From Phoronis australis (lineage: Eukaryota; Animalia; Phoronida), in the NCBI GenBank assembly GCA_002633005.1, contig NMRA01000004.1, positions 1,307,793-1,371,792 on the forward strand: 64,000 nt of DNA, read 5' to 3'. Every line of letters begins with the position of its first letter. The stretch's first letter is position 1. The translations under genes were made by a program, and so were the position numbers. Below, in pieces: positions 58,301 through 64,000 of this stretch. The notes under the pieces are model-generated. The model saw nothing but the letters and a program-made list of their open reading frames with translations. It did not search any database and had not been told where the DNA came from.

Positions 58301-61300
58301 CTAGAAAGCAACTTCCGCTCTCTTACCACTGCATAATAGCATGTTAAAGGAAACTAATACTAGAAAAGTTTCAAAGCAATTGGTCTTATAATGTGCAATC
58401 TACACGAGAAAATGTTTTTAGCCCGAAATCGAGGTGCACACGCGCAATTGCCGATATTTCCGCCATCTTGAAGCGGAAGTAAACAATATTCAGTACATCT
58501 GTAGCATACGTCCGGTAAAATAATAGTGTCTATTTTCAGTCTTGTACATCAAAAATTATAGCCTCCAGGAGCATTTGAATCTGAAATTGAAAACAAAATG
58601 GCCACCATGTCTGCCATCTTAGATCCGATTTTGACAAAAAACAATAAGCTTCCAGTACTTCTAGAACTACATGGTGTGTGTAAATTTTGTGAGGATCGGA
58701 CGAAAATTGCGACCTGTATCGTGCGAAAAAAAACCTAGTGACAGAGCAACATACTTGGCGAAAAATTTTTTCGCCAAGTAATGATGGACGTGAATCATGT
58801 CTTTCTATACCATGACAGAAAATAACTACCGTTCGCCACACAGATCAGAGTGACATTGATTTGAACATGTCTTTTTTCAAGACCATTAAACACAGATCAA
58901 TGTAGAAAAACACATCATGCATGTATTAATGAAATTAAATCTCAAAAACAATGTATAACAAGAGCAACGCGAAACGTTGAAGTGCACCCACGAATACACC
59001 GCAAACGGTGTGCTTCTAGCGCGAGGGTAGTTTATTTGTTTCATAAAATAGCCACTAGATATCACAAAAATCTCCAATCCATTTGAAAACAGGAACATGC
59101 TATCGCTTCTTTAATAGAAAGCTATTTACCAAATTTCATAAAAATCTGTCCAGGAACTTTAGAGAAACAACGGAAAACGGAAAAAATGAAATTGCCACTA
59201 TGGGGCACAGTGTTCATTGGATCTGCATAAAAGATGTCATCTGTTGTTAGCTTCATATAAATACAATTACTAAATTTAATAAAGATCCTGCAGTGTGTTT
59301 AGGAGATGCAGCTATGGACGCAAAACGTAACTACCTCTAGGAGGCGTCACATAGTCAAATTCCTTTTCATCAACCATCCTTTTCACACTGAGAACATATA
59401 CGCCACTTTTCAAAATCATCCTTAGAATGGTTTGGTTGATCGAGGGGTGGATGCCAAAACAGAATCGAAAACAGCAAAAATGTCCACCAGGTGGCACAAA
59501 ATACCTTGATTCCTTCCGAAAACGGGAGGATAGCATCATCTTACCAATAGATGCCTATATGCCAAATTTTATGAAAATACGTTAGGACCTTTGAAGATAC
59601 AGAGGTAAACGTAAGAAACTAAAATTGCCACTAGGGGGCATACCAGTAGTCAGAGCCATCCGAAAGTCGTCATCCATTGTCAGCATCATAAATACACTAA
59701 ATTTAGTAATGATCCTGCCAACGGTTAAGGAGATACAGCCATGGGCGCAAAAAAAAACTGCCACTAGGATTTGTCACAGTAGTCAAAATTGTCGGAAAAT
59801 CATAGTCAGCTGTCCCCTTCATAGCAAGAATTTGCATGCCGATTTTCACAATCATCCTTAGAGAGGTTTGGTTGATAGAAGGGTGGACTCGAAAACACCA
59901 AAAATGGCCACTAGGTGGTGCAAACTACGTCAAATCCATCCGAAAATGGGAGGGTAGCGTCATCTCACCAATAGATACCTATATGCCAAACTTTATGAAA
60001 ATACGTTCGGGACCTTTGAAGATATAGAGGTAAGCGTAAAAAACTAATATTGCCACTAGGTTGCATACCGGTACTCAGATCCACCTGAAAGTTCACTCAT
60101 GTCGTCCCATTCATGAAAGGAACATATGAGCAAAATTTCATGAGCGTACGTCAAAGCGTTTTGGAGATAGAGCGGCGGACGCCGGACAGAGATGACGACA
60201 TAATGCGTCCACGTATAACTATGTGGGCGCATAAAAATTAGTAAACTTTTTTTTTCACATGCAAATTCACATTAAAACAAGATTTCACCCTACCTCAACC
60301 ACAACATTCTTTTCAGCACTTTTAATGGCTACCCATCGTTTGGCCGATGTGGCACATTCAGGTGACTGGAACGCTTCTTCCAACTTATCACGTACAGGTG
60401 AAGTACCGTTAAGACAAATAACTGAACAACAATGATACCATTTTCTCCTCAATAATCGCACCACACACTTTCCTGCAGCAAAGGACGATGTACCCTAATT
60501 TGCTTTCTCTTACCTTTTAGGATATTTTGAAAGGATTCACCTTTGTTAAATCTGACTTCATATTACAAGTTCAATCATGTTGTGAGTTATTGACTTTGAA
60601 GCTGCTAAACACCAGACTAATGTGATGTTAAGTTCACTAAAAATTTTACAGTATTCAAGGACAATATGGTGCACAATGAATTCTTTCAGAAAATATGTAA
60701 AGAAGGGCCTAATATATGCTCCATCAGTTTGAACTTCTTAATCATAGAAAGTATCAGACAATGTTCAGCAGGATTGTGGGCATTCACATTTATAATGTTA
60801 CAAGCTTTTGAAAAATGAAAGAACACGAATTTTGGCAATAACTGTGAGCAATTAGAAGATTTTAGCATATGCAGTGCAGTGGTGACGAATTATACCATTC
60901 AATACTTGGAGAGAGGTTGGGTAGAGTTTCTTAAAAGTCCCAAATATCATAAATTTCTTTGGCTTTATGAATGCAAAATTTCTGGGATGCGTTCTGCAGA
61001 TGCTAGAACCTCACAAAAAGGCGATATCACACAAGACCTCGCAAAATCACACACGTTAAATGTGAGTATGCTCAGAACTTTACTAGCGTATCCTACAAAA
61101 ATGGTGGCCACTGAAGAGATTGGACGGCGAAATTGATGTTGAAATAAAGAATAGAATTCACTTTTTCGGATATATGAACGAAGATTTGTTGCTGCCAATG
61201 CCATGGGTCCACTGAACTGATACACCAGTTATGGAGTTGATTGATCAGACTAGAATTATAATTAGTTCTATTAACAAAGTTACACCAGCCCTCAGGCTGT

Positions 61301-62639
61301 GACAACATTTCCTAAGCACCACATGAACAAAGTCAGTTAAATTGCAACAGAAGATGGGACTTCGATGAAGATGCATCAATAAATAAATATTGTTTTTTAA
61401 CATTTCAATCAGTTTTTAAGCATTTGGAATTGAAAAGACAAGATTTCAAGAGTTTTCACAGCATTTTGAATGTTTTCCACAAACATGTAGAGGTCACTGG
61501 CATTTTGCCAAAGTTTCATACTTTTCTTGAGACATCAATTACATTTTTAGAGAATGCAAGTAATTTTGGGATTTTTTGTAACCCGATCAAGTATAACGTA
61601 GAGAAAATTGCTTTAATTTGAGTTTTAACCATTTGATGCTCAAAACTTAGATCCAGCAACTATAAAAAACACATTGATAGACCAATCAACTCAAAGGATA
61701 TGTTCATCCGGTACCAACTGCAGAACTTTCTTATATTTCTCTTCGTCTCCAAGAAAATCTTGCTTCTTCAGAGCGTACGATGGGAAATTCTTTTCTATTA
61801 TCTTCAATGCTTCACTGTGAACAAGCCAACATTCAGCTGAATCCGTTAACAGGTAGACGTATAAACAGGCAAACAGATACTGAGACAAACATACAATGGA
61901 ACTTTTTAAATATCAAAGGCGCCAGCATTGAAAGACAGATTCCACAATATTATTCTTGTGAAAAACAATTATCACCTTATAACCATACACTTTAGAATAG
62001 ACTTCATCTTGTAATAATACTTCAGTTTCACCACACGCATAATTGACGAAATGATAATTTTTCTATTTTTCAAAAAAAATCAGAATTGACCAAACGTTGT
62101 ATTATCGGACAGTTGCACTGAACAAAGCAGGGTAATAATAATAAAATAAAATTATCTTGATCTTTATTTTATTGAATCCACTTGTTCTCTCAGGCTAAAT
62201 ATAAAATGAAATACAACAGTTCAGGAGTAATAATTTTGTTACAAAAGTGTTAATTCATCTGCAATAAGTATTCCTGGGACATTTGTGAAGTCTGCTCAAA
62301 CTGGCTACATGGCAACACTACCAGGAAATATAACGTGACCCTAAAAACCCAAACCTATGAATATCTTAATTATTCCTTCTTAAATTCATTTATTGAAAGA
62401 TTAGTTTATGCACGATCCTTTCACAAATTTTCAAGCAGACGAGTCAGTTTACAAAAGAATTTGATACAAGATTTTGTGCCACCCTGTATAAGTCCAAATT
62501 TCAAACATAAACAGGTTACTGTCAATATGTGTCTTAGTGTTCAACACAACAGATCTGTGTTAGAAATATATTCACTATACCTGATTGAAGGGTGAACTTT
62601 CTCAGTTAAAACGACTTTGCGGCTAATGTTATCTCCTCC
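52315..62639 (-). CDS. PRIM1: DNA primase small (catalytic) subunit, 3' partial (8 exons; 5' end beyond window)
   Basis: complement(join(52315-52334,53337-53435,55997-56064,57136-57205,57600-57732,60294-60397,61702-61814,62581-62639)), with consistent phases. Peptides [80 protein letters not shown] and DQTMEF* match PRIM1. Confidence 0.95.
53337..53435 (-). CDS. PRIM1: PRIM1 exon
   Basis: [33 protein letters not shown]. Confidence 0.9.
53887..54695 (-). mobile_element. PIF/Harbinger-type MITE, full copy, TSD TAA
   Basis: Reverse complement of the 39361-40182 family; TAA flanks both ends. Confidence 0.92.
54860..55316 (-). mobile_element. MITE, copy 2 of the 6607-7008 family
   Basis: gggactgtttcatgcaaccgggcac end; internal reverse similarity to 6780-6990. 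Confidence 0.6.
55338..55630. mobile_element. MITE with GGGCCTGTTT / AAACAGGCCC TIRs
   Basis: 10-bp perfect TIR plus further imperfect pairing (GAAGA / TCTTC). Confidence 0.55.
55997..56064 (-). CDS. PRIM1: PRIM1 exon
   Basis: [22 protein letters not shown]; splice phases fit both neighbours. Confidence 0.85.
57136..57205 (-). CDS. PRIM1: PRIM1 exon
   Basis: [23 protein letters not shown]. Confidence 0.93.
57600..57732 (-). CDS. PRIM1: PRIM1 exon (catalytic PRLD motif)
   Basis: [26 protein letters not shown]. Confidence 0.95.
57746..58782 (-). mobile_element. HINE/DINE-1-like element, family C
   Basis: Palindrome TACTTGGCGAAAAA-T-TTTTTCGCCAAGTA at 58752-58780, with a repeat of the subTIR ACTTGGCGAAAA at ~57777. 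Confidence 0.5.
58957..60235 (-). mobile_element. HINE/DINE-1-like element, family B, with internal tandem repeats
   Basis: Ends match 47258-48357 in reverse; internal repeated units contain TGCCACTAG and ATGCCAAA(T/C)TTTATGAAAATACGTT. Confidence 0.75.
60294..60397 (-). CDS. PRIM1: PRIM1 exon (AC acceptor)
   Basis: [35 protein letters not shown]. Confidence 0.85.
60398..61701 (-). other. U12-type (minor spliceosome) AT-AC intron of PRIM1
   Basis: 5'ss ATATCCTTT; branch site TTGTCTTAAC 10 nt before a terminal CAC; splicing restores the frame. Confidence 0.88.
61702..61814 (-). CDS. PRIM1: PRIM1 exon (AT donor)
   Basis: [37 protein letters not shown]. Confidence 0.9.
62581..62639 (-). CDS. 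PRIM1: PRIM1 exon
   Basis: [19 protein letters not shown]; resembles human GGQDVKKKVHLSEKIHPFI. Confidence 0.9.
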
Positions 62640-62815
62640 CTGTAACACATTATAAAATTATGTTTATTGTTATTTATCATTAAATCGTAGTTGCCATGAT
62701 AGTCCTTAACTTGACAGTTATACATACATGTAGCGCCACGCAAAATTTACATTTTTCAAAATAATATGGAACAAGAAATATACAACAGACTACCAGTAAC
62801 TAAAAGCCCTTATAA

Positions 62816-63638
62816 GGGCTGTTCCAGCAAAATCTGTATGGGAGGGGGGAAGGCACTTTTATTTCGTACCCACTGCCCATATTTTTCATTCATTTCTCCA
62901 ACCCATGACCCATGATTTTTTAATTATTTTAATAGGTTAAAATATAAAATCCAACACTTGCAAACAAATTGCCTCCAGGAGGACCCGTTAAGAACTTAGA
63001 TGATTGACAGACAAGAACTAGTTGTCTTGTCCAATATTGTCTAAAACTAAAATAGCCTGTGAGCAATACTTTTGGCAGCCACCAGGTGTCTCTGTTCAAC
63101 ATGTGTCTATAATTTCAATGAACATTTTTTTCAATTATAAGGATCTATGTATCTCAAACTGTCTCCACGAACTCTTTTGTACTTCTATGTCAAGTGAATA
63201 TTGGAACTTGTTTATCTTACTCCTCATACTTTTTATTTAAAAATCATCAATTTTCTTATATGTGTTAACACCCGTTTAGTGTTGCATAACTTTTGAATTC
63301 AATAGGACTGCAGACAAACAGCTGGCTCAAATCAAGTTGCCCATGACTTGATTAAAGGCTTAGTGAACAAATTGCACTCTGTTCACTGACAATATGGGCT
63401 TTTTGTATTGGGATAAGTTAGGATATATGCCAATTGTTTTTTTTTTGAGTTATGACGGCTGAAGTAACCAACCTGTAAACATTAACAGGTCAAAAAAATA
63501 CCACCCATTTTTAATGCATCACTTCTTACAGGAACGACCACCCATAATTTGAGTTTTTTTCTGAAGACCATCACTCATGAATTTTTATTTCTACTGCCGT
63601 CACCCCCCCCTCCCACACGGATTTTACTGGAACAGCCC
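62816..63638 (-). mobile_element. PIF/Harbinger-type MITE, full copy, TSD TAA
   Basis: Near-identical to 53887-54695; TAA flanks both ends. Confidence 0.92.
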
Positions 63639-63839
63639 TAAGATATCATTTTACAATAAATAGAACAGCTATCTAATTCACGTTCCTGAGCATGTTCCAG
63701 TTGCATTGAGATCAACAAGAGCGAAGTCACCATTAATAAGCAGTACGTTGACTTTTTACCGTATGTCTAAGCACACTAAAAAGTAACAAGTGTTCAAGAT
63801 ACCCCCACTGAGTCTACTTGAACAGCAATAAAAGAAGGG

Positions 63840-63932
63840 ATAGAATAAAATACAATACAATAGAACACAGCACAAAACTTATAGACATACGTACAAACAG
63901 ACAGACACATACAGACAGACAAACAAACAAAC
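63840..63932. repeat. Compound microsatellite (AATAC/AATAG, ACAG, AAAC)
   Basis: Visible short tandem units. Confidence 0.75.
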
Positions 63933-64000
63933 TAAAGTAAGGATGACAAACGAAGAATAGGACCAAGGTACTCTATAAAAATCAACTAGAATTATGTGCT

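Noticed and set aside
60398-60520. In-frame AG 24 nt upstream of the AC acceptor and an internal GTAAGA donor, suggesting a U2/U12 twintron
   Set aside because: No phase-1 GT donor is available near the upstream exon, and read-through of the AT donor hits TGA. Treated as cryptic sites.
42584-63240. Recurrent [25 protein letters not shown] in three places
   Set aside because: An incidental frame inside the MITE, with a non-ATG start and different frameshifts between copies.

Overview
This is AT-rich, intron-rich metazoan DNA, probably from a marine invertebrate, not prokaryotic. It holds three genes. (1) An unknown single-pass membrane protein with one coding exon (1857-3008, +). (2) A complete importin subunit beta-1 gene (KPNB1, +), with 21 coding exons from 22252 to 49779 and about 881 aa, assembled by hand. 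(3) The 3' part of DNA primase small subunit (PRIM1, -), with 8 exons from 62639 to 52315, converging on KPNB1; its 5' end lies beyond the window. The rest is transposon-derived: a 6-bp-TSD TIR element, a decayed LINE with a nested SINE, a Sola3 relic, five copies of a young PIF/Harbinger-type MITE, other MITEs, a foldback element and three families of Helentron-associated (HINE/DINE-1-like) elements. An assembly gap spans 47406-48064. The most notable points concern RNA processing: an AT-AC minor-spliceosome intron in PRIM1, a KPNB1 stop codon split by the last intron, a duplicated out-of-frame 3' splice site at KPNB1 exon 8, a uORF carrying a DHDY motif, possibly overlapping KPNB1/PRIM1 3' ends and several candidate structured intronic RNAs. 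I found no convincing wholly new multi-gene system. Family assignments come from recalled sequence motifs, not database searches.
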